Positions 30,544 through 39,774 of a stretch of DNA of 64,000 nt are shown here, in pieces. This stretch comes from Oceanispirochaeta sp. (GTDB lineage Bacteria; Spirochaetota; Spirochaetia; DSM-2461): NCBI GenBank assembly GCA_963666275.2, contig CAXXOA010000001.1, positions 256,001 through 320,000 of the forward strand. Direction: 5' to 3'. The number at the start of each line of letters is the position of its first letter. Position 1 is the stretch's first letter. The notes beneath the pieces are model-generated. The model searched no databases. It saw nothing but the letters and a program-made list of their open reading frames with translations, and was not told the origin of the DNA. The position numbers were made by a program, and so were the translations under genes.

Positions 30544-31009
30544 TATTGTTTTCCGGTTGAACGGGAAAGAGACTGTGTATGACGGGTCTCCTTTGAAAAG
30601 ACTGCTGGATGTTCTCCGGGAGGACTTTGAGATGACCGGAGCCAAAGAGGGCTGCGGAGAAGGGGAGTGCGGCGCCTGCAGTGTCCTTCTGGACGGAAAG
30701 CTTGTGAACAGCTGTCTTGTTCCCATGGGACAGCTTCCCGGCCGTGAGGTTACCACGATTGAAAGCCTGAGAGAGACCGATCAGGGGAAATGCATCATCG
30801 ATGCCTTTGCCGATGCCGGGGCGGTACAGTGCGGATTCTGTACTCCCGGAATGGTCATGGCCTCCCAGGTGATCCTTCTTGAAAATCCTGATCCTGATGA
30901 ACAGGAGATCCGGAAGGGCCTGTCGGGAAATCTCTGCCGCTGTACAGGTTACGATATGATTGTCGAGGCCGTCAGAATGGCTTCGGAAAGGGGGAAGGGG
31001 TTATGGTAG
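30530..31009 (+). CDS. Xanthine dehydrogenase family [2Fe-2S] subunit
   Basis: GCGEGECGAC, QCGFCTPG, GNLCRCTGY. Confidence 0.95.
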   Translation: MKEGNIVFRLNGKETVYDGSPLKRLLDVLREDFEMTGAKEGCGEGECGACSVLLDGKLVNSCLVPMGQLPGREVTTIESLRETDQGKCIIDAFADAGAVQCGFCTPGMVMASQVILLENPDPDEQEIRKGLSGNLCRCTGYDMIVEAVRMASERGKGLW

Positions 31010-31866
31010 GCTTTTATTATCCCGAAACCCTCTCGGAAGCTCTGGATCTCCGCAGAGATACCCGGGTTCTTCCCCTGGCGGGAGGAACGGATCTGATGGT
31101 CCGCTATGAAAACTGGAGCAGTCTTCCTCCCCGGTTTCCGGGACATATTATGGGGATTTCCCAGCTGAAAGAGCTGAAATATCTGCGGAAAGAAGACTCT
31201 TTTCTGGCCATCGGTGCCGGAATGACTCTGGGGGAGATTCTGAAGGATCCACTTGTCCCGGATCTTCTTAAATCCGCAGTGAACGAGATCGCCGCCCCGG
31301 CCATACGGAACCTGGCGACCCTGGCCGGCAATATTGCCAACTCTTCTCCGGCGGCGGATTCCCTGCCTCCTCTGGTAGTGGCCGACAGCTCGGTAAGGTT
31401 GGTCTCCTCTATGGGAACAAGGGTGGTAAAACTGAGTGAGTTTATCACTGGTCCAGGAAAGAATGTCCTTGCAGTTGATGAGCTGATCGATGCGGTTCTG
31501 ATTCCGCTGGAATTCATTGAAAAGGAAAAAGAGGGGCGCGGCTTCTACCGTAAAGTCGGTACAAGAAAAGCAAACGCCCTTTCCAAACTCTCCTACAGCG
31601 GCTGGGCAAAGGTTTCGGGAGATCATCTGGATGAGATTCGCCTCTGTGCGGGAGGTGTCGCTCCTGTGGTGGTCCGTCTGCCACTGGCGGAGTCGTCCAT
31701 GGCAGGACATTCCCTGAAGGAACTGAGTGAACTGTGGCAGTCCGTGCGGGGAGCCTATGAGAGCAGAATCACTCCCATCGATGATCAGAGGTCAACAGCG
31801 GCCTATAGAAAGCGGACTGCTCTGAAACTGCTGGATCATATGATCGATCAGCTCTCCTCTTCGTAA
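31003..31866 (+). CDS. Xanthine dehydrogenase family FAD subunit
   Basis: LAGGTDL, IRNLATLAGNIANSSPAAD, PIDDQRSTAAY. Confidence 0.92.
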   Translation: MVGFYYPETLSEALDLRRDTRVLPLAGGTDLMVRYENWSSLPPRFPGHIMGISQLKELKYLRKEDSFLAIGAGMTLGEILKDPLVPDLLKSAVNEIAAPAIRNLATLAGNIANSSPAADSLPPLVVADSSVRLVSSMGTRVVKLSEFITGPGKNVLAVDELIDAVLIPLEFIEKEKEGRGFYRKVGTRKANALSKLSYSGWAKVSGDHLDEIRLCAGGVAPVVVRLPLAESSMAGHSLKELSELWQSVRGAYESRITPIDDQRSTAAYRKRTALKLLDHMIDQLSSS

Positions 31867-32096
31867 GCCAGAGCCTGGGCCAGCTGGTCCGGGCAGGAGG
31901 TTTCCTTTCCATAACAGCGGATTCCCGAGAATCTGCTTATAACTTCCTGACGGTTCATACCGGTTACAAGTGTTTTTATGCCAATAAGATTTCCAGGGCA
32001 GCCCCGGTCGAAGTCTACATTTTTTATGGTATCCCCATCCAGGGTTATGGAGATCCTGCGGCAGCAGGTCCCCTGTGTGTCGTGTTCAATTAACAT
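31848..32096 (-). CDS. TSCPD-domain protein (TIGR03905-like)
   Basis: GTCC, GCPGN, GIRC, TSCPDQLA. Confidence 0.88.
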   Translation of the reverse strand: MLIEHDTQGTCCRRISITLDGDTIKNVDFDRGCPGNLIGIKTLVTGMNRQEVISRFSGIRCYGKETSCPDQLAQALAYEEES

Positions 32097-32212
32097 GGTT
32101 GATTTCCTGTGAAAAGTCAGAATTCGCAGATGCTGGAAGTATCTTAAAGTGAGGGCTTTCCGTGGTCAATCCGTAGAAATGGGATTTTGGACAAAAAGGG
32201 AAAAAGCCTCCG

Positions 32213-32248
32213 GCTTCCCTCTGTCTCCCGGAGGAAACTGAGGGAAGC
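32213..32248 (-). terminator. Hairpin downstream of the oxidoreductase gene
   Basis: GCTTCCCTC...GAGGGAAGC inverted repeat. Confidence 0.45.
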
Positions 32249-32267
32249 GGATCCCGGAACGCTGTGA

Positions 32268-33152
32268 TTATTCCGGGCTGTTCATGGCTTCAAAAACTTT
32301 GTAGAGCCCCTGGGTTCCCAGGTTTTCAAGACCCTGGGCCATGGCGGCGACATAAAACTGGTTTGCCAGAGCCAGTCCGGGAAGACTGAGATTCATGGCC
32401 CCCGCTTCCTTCAGGGCAATGCCCATGTCTTTGACAAAGTGTTTGATGAAAAAACCGGGATCGAAGTTGCCCGCCGCAATCCGGCGTCCCAGATTATTGA
32501 TAGACCAGGAGGCGGCGGCGCCGCTGCCGATGACATCAATGATTTCATCCATATCCAGCCCCGCTCTGTAGCCGTAGAGCAGGGACTCCACTACACCTAT
32601 CATTGTGCCGGCAATGAGGATCTGGTTGCTCATCTTCGTATGCTGTCCTGCTCCGGATTTTCCCATATATTTGATGTTCTGTCCGAAGGCCTCCAGCATA
32701 GGGAGTACCCGGTCGAAGGTCTCTTTCTCTCCGCCGCACATAATGGCCAGTGTCCCGTTCTTGGCTCCGATATCTCCTCCGGAAACAGGAGCATCCAGGG
32801 TTTGAATCCCTTTGCTCTCAGCGGCTTCTGCGATTTTTACAGCCAGGGAGGGTTCGCTGGTGGTCAGATCGACAATCACAGAACCTGAAGGCGCTGTTTC
32901 AAGCACGCCCTTGTCTCCCAGGATGACTGACTCCACATCGCTGGGATACCCGACTATGGTAAAGATCACATCGCAGCCTCTGGCTGCTTCGGCAGGGGAA
33001 TCGCACCATACGGCTCCTTTGGCAATCAGAGCATCCGCTTTGGATTTCGTCCTGTTGAAAACTCTGAGGCTGTATCCCCTGTCCATCAGATGAGCGCACA
33101 TGGAGGCTCCCATAACTCCGGTTCCTATCCAGGCGGCATTTTTGTCTTTCAT
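32268..33152 (-). CDS. beta-hydroxyacid dehydrogenase (tartronate semialdehyde reductase-like)
   Basis: WIGTGVMG, DAPVSGGD, GQHTKMSNQ, HFVKDMGIA. Confidence 0.9.
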   Translation of the reverse strand: MKDKNAAWIGTGVMGASMCAHLMDRGYSLRVFNRTKSKADALIAKGAVWCDSPAEAARGCDVIFTIVGYPSDVESVILGDKGVLETAPSGSVIVDLTTSEPSLAVKIAEAAESKGIQTLDAPVSGGDIGAKNGTLAIMCGGEKETFDRVLPMLEAFGQNIKYMGKSGAGQHTKMSNQILIAGTMIGVVESLLYGYRAGLDMDEIIDVIGSGAAASWSINNLGRRIAAGNFDPGFFIKHFVKDMGIALKEAGAMNLSLPGLALANQFYVAAMAQGLENLGTQGLYKVFEAMNSPE

Positions 33153-33294
33153 ATTCGAACTCCTTGAATTATAGTGGGCTTGTTACTATATTTAGCGATA
33201 TTCATTCAACTGATTAAACCATACCCCCCTATTGTATACCATTTTCAAGGGTCTTTTAAGGTGTATGCATTCTAAAAAAAGAAGAGGATTAACG

Positions 33295-33504
33295 ATGAGT
33301 GAGGATTACATTCAGCTTGATACCCGGATGATGTACATGGAAGATACCTTCCAGCAGCTGAACCGTATTGTGATGGAACAGGACCGGAAAATAGAAGAGC
33401 TGACAAATACGGTTCGGGAGTTGAGAAAAAAGGTCCGGGAGCTGGAAGAGAAGAAAAGGGAGGAAGGGGCCGCCCCTCTGGAAGAGCGCCCTCCCCATTA
33501 TTGA
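33295..33504 (+). CDS. slyX: SlyX family protein
   Basis: Coiled coil, QLNRIVMEQ, terminal EERPPHY. Confidence 0.88.
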   Translation: MSEDYIQLDTRMMYMEDTFQQLNRIVMEQDRKIEELTNTVRELRKKVRELEEKKREEGAAPLEERPPHY

Positions 33505-33507
33505 TAC

Positions 33508-34317
33508 TTACTGAATTTCTTCTGTATACCAGTGAAACAGAGCTTTTACACGGTTGTAGAAGGAGTTGTTGGCCTTTTTCCTGAAGGCATTGATATTCAG
33601 GGAGTCCGCTGCGGTTACACCGTAGAAGAGCAGACCTTTGTCTGTGGGGATGATCACAAGATGTATCTGCATTTTATCCGGCCCGATCACCCGTATCAGG
33701 CTGTTGTAGTACATGGCGGATTTGTTGGTAATAACAGCGGCGATCACGGGACTCTCATAGTAGAACTCCATGATGGATTCATTCTTTCCGAAACTCTTGT
33801 CTTTCTGGTGAATGAAAAAACTGTCCCTTGCGGGAATGGACGTGACCAGGGGGTCGGGGAGCTTGTCTTTGGGGGAGTCTGCATCGGGAATGACCCAGGA
33901 TTCCACAAAGAGGTCTCTCATCTCTTCTCTTGAGGCGGAATAGTACTGAGTTCCCTCGAGAGTGCTCACAGACCTGAGAGTATTGTAGAGCATAAGAGAG
34001 TACCCTTCAGGGTCCTTCCTGTAATCATCCATCGAGAAATCTTTGAAGAGAAACAGCCCCTCTATGCCCATATTCATCTGCTGGGAGGATATGTAATCCT
34101 CAATCCGGCTGCTCTGGGGAATCGGCGGCAGAAGTTCCGTATCGAACTCTCCGAAATGAAAAGCCGTAACCTCCCCTTTGCTCTGAAGCTCTGCCGCCTG
34201 ATCCGCTGTGAGCAGGGATGTCACCTCTTCATAGGAGAGCAGCTGTGACTGGGCAGACAGGGAATAAACGGAAGCAGCCACTGCCAGAGTTAGTAAAATC
34301 TTCTGAATTCTGTACAT
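33508..34317 (-). CDS. Secreted conserved hypothetical protein (spirochaete-type)
   Basis: Signal peptide, SVSTLEGTQYYSASR, QKDKSFG, SFYNRVKALFHW; ATG 34317 with GAGG RBS. Confidence 0.65.
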   Translation of the reverse strand: MYRIQKILLTLAVAASVYSLSAQSQLLSYEEVTSLLTADQAAELQSKGEVTAFHFGEFDTELLPPIPQSSRIEDYISSQQMNMGIEGLFLFKDFSMDDYRKDPEGYSLMLYNTLRSVSTLEGTQYYSASREEMRDLFVESWVIPDADSPKDKLPDPLVTSIPARDSFFIHQKDKSFGKNESIMEFYYESPVIAAVITNKSAMYYNSLIRVIGPDKMQIHLVIIPTDKGLLFYGVTAADSLNINAFRKKANNSFYNRVKALFHWYTEEIQ

Positions 34318-34581
34318 TAAAACCTCATCAAAAATAAAACTGAATCTATCGGAAAACTCTATCAGGAGATCCTGAAAAGCAACAAGGTATAATATACACA
34401 TAGATCCTGTATTTCCCAAGTTTTTTGGGAAAGGGAGGAAAGAAACAGCCCCTCCGCTCCTCTTTCTGTGTAGGAACCGGTATTACCCCCCCCCCGGATT
34501 TCAGCAGCTTTATGATGATGAGTGAAGAGCAGCTCAGTATTCTCTTTCCCTGACCCTTTCCGGATTATTCAGAGCAGGAAA

Positions 34582-34626
34582 TTGACAAATATCCATTCCT
34601 TGTTTATCCTAGTGTTTTAGAACACT
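34582..34626 (+). promoter_or_regulatory. Promoter plus operator copy 1
   Basis: TTGACA-17-TATCCT immediately followed by AGTGTTTTAGAACACT (34611-34626). Confidence 0.8.
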
Positions 34627-34638
34627 TTGAGGTGAGAA

Positions 34639-35709
34639 ATGGATTTAATCATTGACCGGACAATAAGTATTCCTCCGTATCAGCAGATCGTGGGGCAGAT
34701 CCGGGAACAGATCGGAGGCGAACTCCTTCCTGAACACGCCGCACTGCCTTCGGCAAGGGAGATTGTTCAGAAAACCGGCGTCTCCCTGGCAACGGCTCAG
34801 AGGGTTCTCAATGAGCTGAAAAACGAGGGGCTTATCTATAGCCTCCCCGGAAAAGGGAGTTTTGTTTCTCCCTCCACGGCCTCCCTGCCTTCGGTGATTC
34901 ACATCTTTCTTCCCTCTGCGGGGCTTTCTTTCTTCATGGAAATCCTCAAGGGGATCAATGACGCTCTGGGAACCAGGAATATTGAACTGAAACTGCACAG
35001 CCTCAATACGGATAAACTGGTCTGGGGCTGGAAAACAATCGAAGAGCTGGAAGAGGCTGTGAAAAACAGAGAAGCCGTCATCTTTATAGAGGAAGCCTTC
35101 GACTCTGTCAGGGCCGCCTGTCTGAAAGCAGCGCGGCAGATCCCCTTCGTTACCATCGAGTGGGTTCTGGACGGAGCCTGTTCCATCATCAATGACTACA
35201 GGGAATCCTCCTATCATCTTATGGAATACCTTCACAGAGAGAAGAACTGCCGGTCCTTCCTGATCCTTAAGGGAAGGGACTATCAGTTCAATGCATCGGG
35301 AAAGCTGGCGGGTTTTACTTCCTACGCTGAAGATGCCGCTTTGAAAATACCCGGTGATATCCATTTCCTGGACACCGACTTCGATGCCTATACGGGGTAT
35401 GAATCGGTTTCCTCCTTTTTGAATTCAAACAAACTTCCCGATGCGATCTGCTGCGGCAACGACTACGAAGCCATCGGCGTTGTCGGGGCTCTGACCGAAA
35501 AGGGGTATCTTCCCGGACGGGATGTGCAGCTTATCGGTTACGGCGATATGACTGATAAAACAACCATGTACTTTCCTCTGACAACGGTAAGGCAGAATCT
35601 GGAGGAGATGGGACGGCGGGCTGTTCTGCAGCTCCTTGAAAAAGCCGCAGGGGAGAGCACCCCCGCCCAGGATGTGGTTCCCACCGAGTTGATTATCCGA
35701 AAAACATGA
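34639..35709 (+). CDS. GntR-HTH / LacI-type sugar-binding repressor (AraR architecture)
   Basis: PYQQI, LPSAREI, GKGSFV wHTH; CGNDYEAIG, IGYGD, PLTTVRQ, ELIIRKT. Confidence 0.9.
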   Translation: MDLIIDRTISIPPYQQIVGQIREQIGGELLPEHAALPSAREIVQKTGVSLATAQRVLNELKNEGLIYSLPGKGSFVSPSTASLPSVIHIFLPSAGLSFFMEILKGINDALGTRNIELKLHSLNTDKLVWGWKTIEELEEAVKNREAVIFIEEAFDSVRAACLKAARQIPFVTIEWVLDGACSIINDYRESSYHLMEYLHREKNCRSFLILKGRDYQFNASGKLAGFTSYAEDAALKIPGDIHFLDTDFDAYTGYESVSSFLNSNKLPDAICCGNDYEAIGVVGALTEKGYLPGRDVQLIGYGDMTDKTTMYFPLTTVRQNLEEMGRRAVLQLLEKAAGESTPAQDVVPTELIIRKT

Positions 35710-35735
35710 TCAGCCGGAAGGGGAGGTATTCTCGA

Positions 35736-35780
35736 TTGACAAAGGAACTTTTTCCTTGTATTTTAGTGTTCTAAAACACA
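35736..35780 (+). promoter_or_regulatory. Promoter plus operator copy 2
   Basis: TTGACA-17-TATTTT followed by AGTGTTCTAAAACACA (35765-35780). Confidence 0.8.
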
Positions 35781-35812
35781 AGGAAATGTGTGCAGGCAAA
35801 GGAGGAGAGAGC

Positions 35813-37312
35813 ATGCCGAAATACATTCTCAGCGTGGATTTGGGAACGACCAGTACAAAAACGGTTCTCTTTGATGATAAACTGAAGGTCGTTTCGTCTG
35901 CCAAAGCGGAATATCCGACCTTTTATCCCAGTCCGGGATGGGCGGAACAGGATGCCCATGACTGGTGGAAGGCCCTTGTCAGTACCTGCCGGGATGTTCT
36001 TGATAAAAGCGGTATAAACCCTTCTGATATAGCCGGGGTGGGTGTAGACTCCATGTCCAGTATGGCTCTTCCGGTGGATAAAGAGGGAATCCCCCTTCGC
36101 CGGGGGCTGCTCTGGCTGGACCGGCGGGCTCAGAAAGAATCGGACTGGATCAGGAAAACCTACGGAGATGTCCAGATCAGGATCAACAGCAACGATTCGG
36201 ATCCCTCCAACTTTGCCCCCAAAATCCTCTGGATGAAAAACAACGAAAAAGAAATCTATGACAGAACCCACATGTTTCTTCACTGCAACGGCTACCTCGT
36301 CAATCGATTAACAGGAAAAATGACTATGGATATCTCCGAGGCGGGGATGTCCCAGCTTTGCGAAATCCGCAGCGGGCAGTGGTCGGAGGAACTGATCCAT
36401 GCCAGCGGTATCGACCGGTCAAAACTGCCCGAGGTATTCGCCTGTACCGATGTGGTCGGGACTGTGACCCCTCAGGCGGCAAAGGAAACGGGACTTCCCG
36501 AGGGCACTCCCGTTATAGCAGGCGCCATGGACAATGTTTCCGCTACTCTGGGGCTGGGACTGCGTCATGACGGACAGGCCTATATTTCCGCGGGAACCGC
36601 AACCAACGCCGGAGCCTGTGTGGCTTCCGTTCCCTCTGACCCGAGCATGCTAAACTATCATCACGGGGTCCCCGGGCTCTACCTTGTAAACGGGGGAGTC
36701 GATTACGGCGGGGCCGGCCTCCGATGGTTCAAGGCTCTGATCGAAGAAGAGCGTTTTGAAGAGATAGACAAATTGGCCGAAGAAGCGGGGTATCAGGATG
36801 ACATCCTTCTCTATCTGCCCTATATGGTGGGACAAAGGGCTCCCCTGTGGGACCCTCACTCCCGGGCGGTGGCTTTCGGCATGAATCCCGATACCAGCCG
36901 GAAAGCCATGATCCGTATGATCATGGAGGGCATCGCCATGGGGGTCCGGAATGTGTACCGTCTTATGGAAGAGAAGGGCTATACCATTGAAGAGATCGTC
37001 ATGACCGGAGGCTGCGCCAACAGCCCCGTATGGACCCAGATTTTCTCGGACATCCTGGAGAAACACATCATCCTGCCCGGTGAAATGGATGTGGCTCCTC
37101 TTGGGACCGCCATTATGACCGCTGTGGGAGTGGGACTCTTTCCGGATTTCGATGCGGCTCTTGCTGTTCAGACAGTGAGAGCTTCCTATGATCCGGACCG
37201 GAAGAAGACTGCCTATTACCGGGATCTTTTCCAGGCATTTATCCATCTGTATGAAGCGGCCGGTCCGGTTTATGAAGAACTGGACCGGATCAGAACAAAA
37301 TATAAAGATTAA
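35813..37312 (+). CDS. FGGY-family carbohydrate kinase
   Basis: DLGTTSTK, GWAEQD, WLDRRA, PKILWMK, LPYMVGQRAP, TGGCANS. Confidence 0.9.
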   Translation: MPKYILSVDLGTTSTKTVLFDDKLKVVSSAKAEYPTFYPSPGWAEQDAHDWWKALVSTCRDVLDKSGINPSDIAGVGVDSMSSMALPVDKEGIPLRRGLLWLDRRAQKESDWIRKTYGDVQIRINSNDSDPSNFAPKILWMKNNEKEIYDRTHMFLHCNGYLVNRLTGKMTMDISEAGMSQLCEIRSGQWSEELIHASGIDRSKLPEVFACTDVVGTVTPQAAKETGLPEGTPVIAGAMDNVSATLGLGLRHDGQAYISAGTATNAGACVASVPSDPSMLNYHHGVPGLYLVNGGVDYGGAGLRWFKALIEEERFEEIDKLAEEAGYQDDILLYLPYMVGQRAPLWDPHSRAVAFGMNPDTSRKAMIRMIMEGIAMGVRNVYRLMEEKGYTIEEIVMTGGCANSPVWTQIFSDILEKHIILPGEMDVAPLGTAIMTAVGVGLFPDFDAALAVQTVRASYDPDRKKTAYYRDLFQAFIHLYEAAGPVYEELDRIRTKYKD

Positions 37313-37330
37313 CCTGTAAGGAGAATACAT

Positions 37331-38377
37331 ATGAAAGCAGCCGTACTGTACGGAGATAATGATATCCGTTATGAAGAGTGGGAAAAGCCCCAGGCCGGAC
37401 CCGGAGAGGTCCTTGTAAAAGTAAAAGAGTCGGGACTGTGCGGGTCCGATATCCCCCGGACCATCCACAGCGGAGCTCACTTTTATCCTATCGTCCTTGG
37501 CCATGAGTTTTCCGGAGAGATCGTTGCTTTGGGAGAGGGGGTCTCCACCCGTAAAGTGGGAGACCGCATTGCCTGTGCGCCGCTGATTCCCGACAGGAAT
37601 GATCCCCAGAGCCAGAAAGGCAACTATTCCCTCAGCAAGGGGTACAAGTTTATCGGCTCCCGTATTCAGGGGGGATGGGCCGAATACGTGGCCATGCCCT
37701 GGGAGAATACGATTATCCTCCCCGAATCTGTCAGTTATACCGAAGGGGCCTTCTTTGAGCCTATAACAGTCGCCCTTCATGCTCTGAATATCATGAATTT
37801 TCAGGGCGGGAAAGATGTGGCTATTACAGGCATGGGAACTATCGGCCTTTTGACCCTGCAGTGCGTCAGAGCCATGGGGGCCAGGAAAATCACTGTTTTT
37901 GATATTGATGAAGAAAGGCTGGAAGTCGCAAACGAGTACGGCGCCGACCTCTGCCTGAATACCCTGAAAGAGGGGTTTAAGGACGAAGCCCTAGCTTTTA
38001 CCGATGGCAATGGTTATGAGGTTTGCCTGGAAACCGGCGGGGTTCCCGTTACGGAAATCCTCTGTATGGAATTGGCCGCTCCCAAAGGGACGGTCATGTT
38101 TATCGGGACTCCCCATAAACCGGTTACCCTGCAGCCCCACGAGTTTGAATATATAAACAGGAAAGAGATCTTTGTGACCGGATCCTGGATGAATTACTCA
38201 GCCCCTTTTCCCGGATGGGAGTGGGAGATGGCTGTCTATCTGTTCAGTAAGGATCTGGTGAAAACAGAGAAGCTTATCGACAGGAAAATTCCCCTGAGTG
38301 AAGCCGCTTCGGCGGTGAACGATCTGACCATTCCGGGTGCGGTGAAGGGAAAGATCCTTTTTGACTGTGAAAAATGA
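37331..38377 (+). CDS. Galactitol-1-phosphate 5-dehydrogenase-like MDR
   Basis: GLCGSD, GHEFSG, GMGTIG, GSWMNYSAPFPG. Confidence 0.8.
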   Translation: MKAAVLYGDNDIRYEEWEKPQAGPGEVLVKVKESGLCGSDIPRTIHSGAHFYPIVLGHEFSGEIVALGEGVSTRKVGDRIACAPLIPDRNDPQSQKGNYSLSKGYKFIGSRIQGGWAEYVAMPWENTIILPESVSYTEGAFFEPITVALHALNIMNFQGGKDVAITGMGTIGLLTLQCVRAMGARKITVFDIDEERLEVANEYGADLCLNTLKEGFKDEALAFTDGNGYEVCLETGGVPVTEILCMELAAPKGTVMFIGTPHKPVTLQPHEFEYINRKEIFVTGSWMNYSAPFPGWEWEMAVYLFSKDLVKTEKLIDRKIPLSEAASAVNDLTIPGAVKGKILFDCEK

Positions 38378-38395
38378 GAAAAGAGAGGAACAGTA

Positions 38396-39703
38396 ATGAG
38401 CGCAATCAATGATTTTCTGCAGCTAATGAAAGACAACAAAGAGGGAAAACCCCGGGGGATCTATTCGATCTGCTCGGCCCATCCCGATGTGATCAGAGCC
38501 AGTATGATCCAGGCTCTGGAAGACGGTTCCATCGTGCTGATCGAGTCCACAAGCAATCAGGTGGATCAGTTCGGCGGCTATACGGGCATGACTCCTCCCG
38601 AGTTTGTGAGCTATGTGAAAGACCTGGCCGGCGAAGTCTCTTTCCCCGAAGAGAAAATCCTTCTGGGAGGGGATCATCTGGGTCCCAATGCCTGGCAGAG
38701 CCTGCCGGCGGAAGAGGCCATGAAGAATGCCCGGGATCTGATCGAAGCCTATGTAAAAGCGGGGTATCAGAAAATCCATCTGGACGCCAGTATGTACTGC
38801 GCCGACGATGAAGGCGACAGGCATACTCCCCTGGCTGATGAGATTGTCTCCGCCCGGGCGGCAGAGCTCTGCGCCGTAGCCGAAGCGACCTGGGAGACCT
38901 GCTGCCAGGGGCAGCCTCAGCCTGTCTATATCATCGGAACGGAAGTGCCCATTCCCGGCGGCGCCCAGGAGGAGGAAGAGACCGTAACGCCTACCTCTTC
39001 TGCCGATGCGGCCCGGACCATCGAAGTCACAAAAGCGGCTTTTACTGCAAAGGGACTGAGCGACGCCTGGAGCCGGGTGATCGGCCTGGTGGTTCAGCCC
39101 GGTGTGGAGTTCGGAGACGATCAGGTTTTCCATTACGACAGCGCCGCCGCGGCGGATCTGAGCCGGATGATTGAGGGAACCGACCAGTTTGTCTACGAGG
39201 CCCATTCCACGGACTATCAGAGCGAAACCGGCCTGACCAGCCTTGTGAAGGACCATTACTGTATACTCAAAGTAGGCCCCTGGATGACCTTTGCCTTCCG
39301 GGAAGCCCTGTTTGCTCTGGCGGATATGGAAAAGGAGCTTCTGGGAGCATCGGGAGTTCAGCTCTCCCGGCTGAAGGAGACCCTGGAAGAGGTGATGCTG
39401 GACGAGCCGAAGTACTGGCAGAAGTACTACCCCGGCAGTGAAGGGGAGCAGCTTTTCAAACGGAAGTACAGCTTCAGCGACAGGAGCCGCTACTACTGGC
39501 CCGATAAAAGGCTCACCGCCTCTATTGAGCTTCTGAAGAAGAACCTGGATGGAAAGGGGATCCCCCTGAGTATGCTGAGCCAGTATCTGCCGAACCAGTA
39601 CGATGCGGTGCAGGAGGGAAAGATTGCCCTGAAGGCACAGGACCTTATTATCAGCCGGATCCGGGATGTGGTGGGAATCTACGCCCGGGCCTGCGGGTTT
39701 TAA
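38396..39703 (+). CDS. gatZ: GatZ/KbaZ family (tagatose-6-phosphate 4-epimerase candidate)
   Basis: SICSAHP, NQVDQFGGYTGM, GGDHLGP, GTEVPIPGG, EAHSTDYQ, LKVGP, SDRSRYYW. Confidence 0.9.
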   Translation: MSAINDFLQLMKDNKEGKPRGIYSICSAHPDVIRASMIQALEDGSIVLIESTSNQVDQFGGYTGMTPPEFVSYVKDLAGEVSFPEEKILLGGDHLGPNAWQSLPAEEAMKNARDLIEAYVKAGYQKIHLDASMYCADDEGDRHTPLADEIVSARAAELCAVAEATWETCCQGQPQPVYIIGTEVPIPGGAQEEEETVTPTSSADAARTIEVTKAAFTAKGLSDAWSRVIGLVVQPGVEFGDDQVFHYDSAAAADLSRMIEGTDQFVYEAHSTDYQSETGLTSLVKDHYCILKVGPWMTFAFREALFALADMEKELLGASGVQLSRLKETLEEVMLDEPKYWQKYYPGSEGEQLFKRKYSFSDRSRYYWPDKRLTASIELLKKNLDGKGIPLSMLSQYLPNQYDAVQEGKIALKAQDLIISRIRDVVGIYARACGF

Positions 39704-39774
39704 ATAATTGGTATAGACGAAACAGCCCTCCATATAACAGGTAAATACCTCTGTAACGGAGGGTGTTTCGTGAT

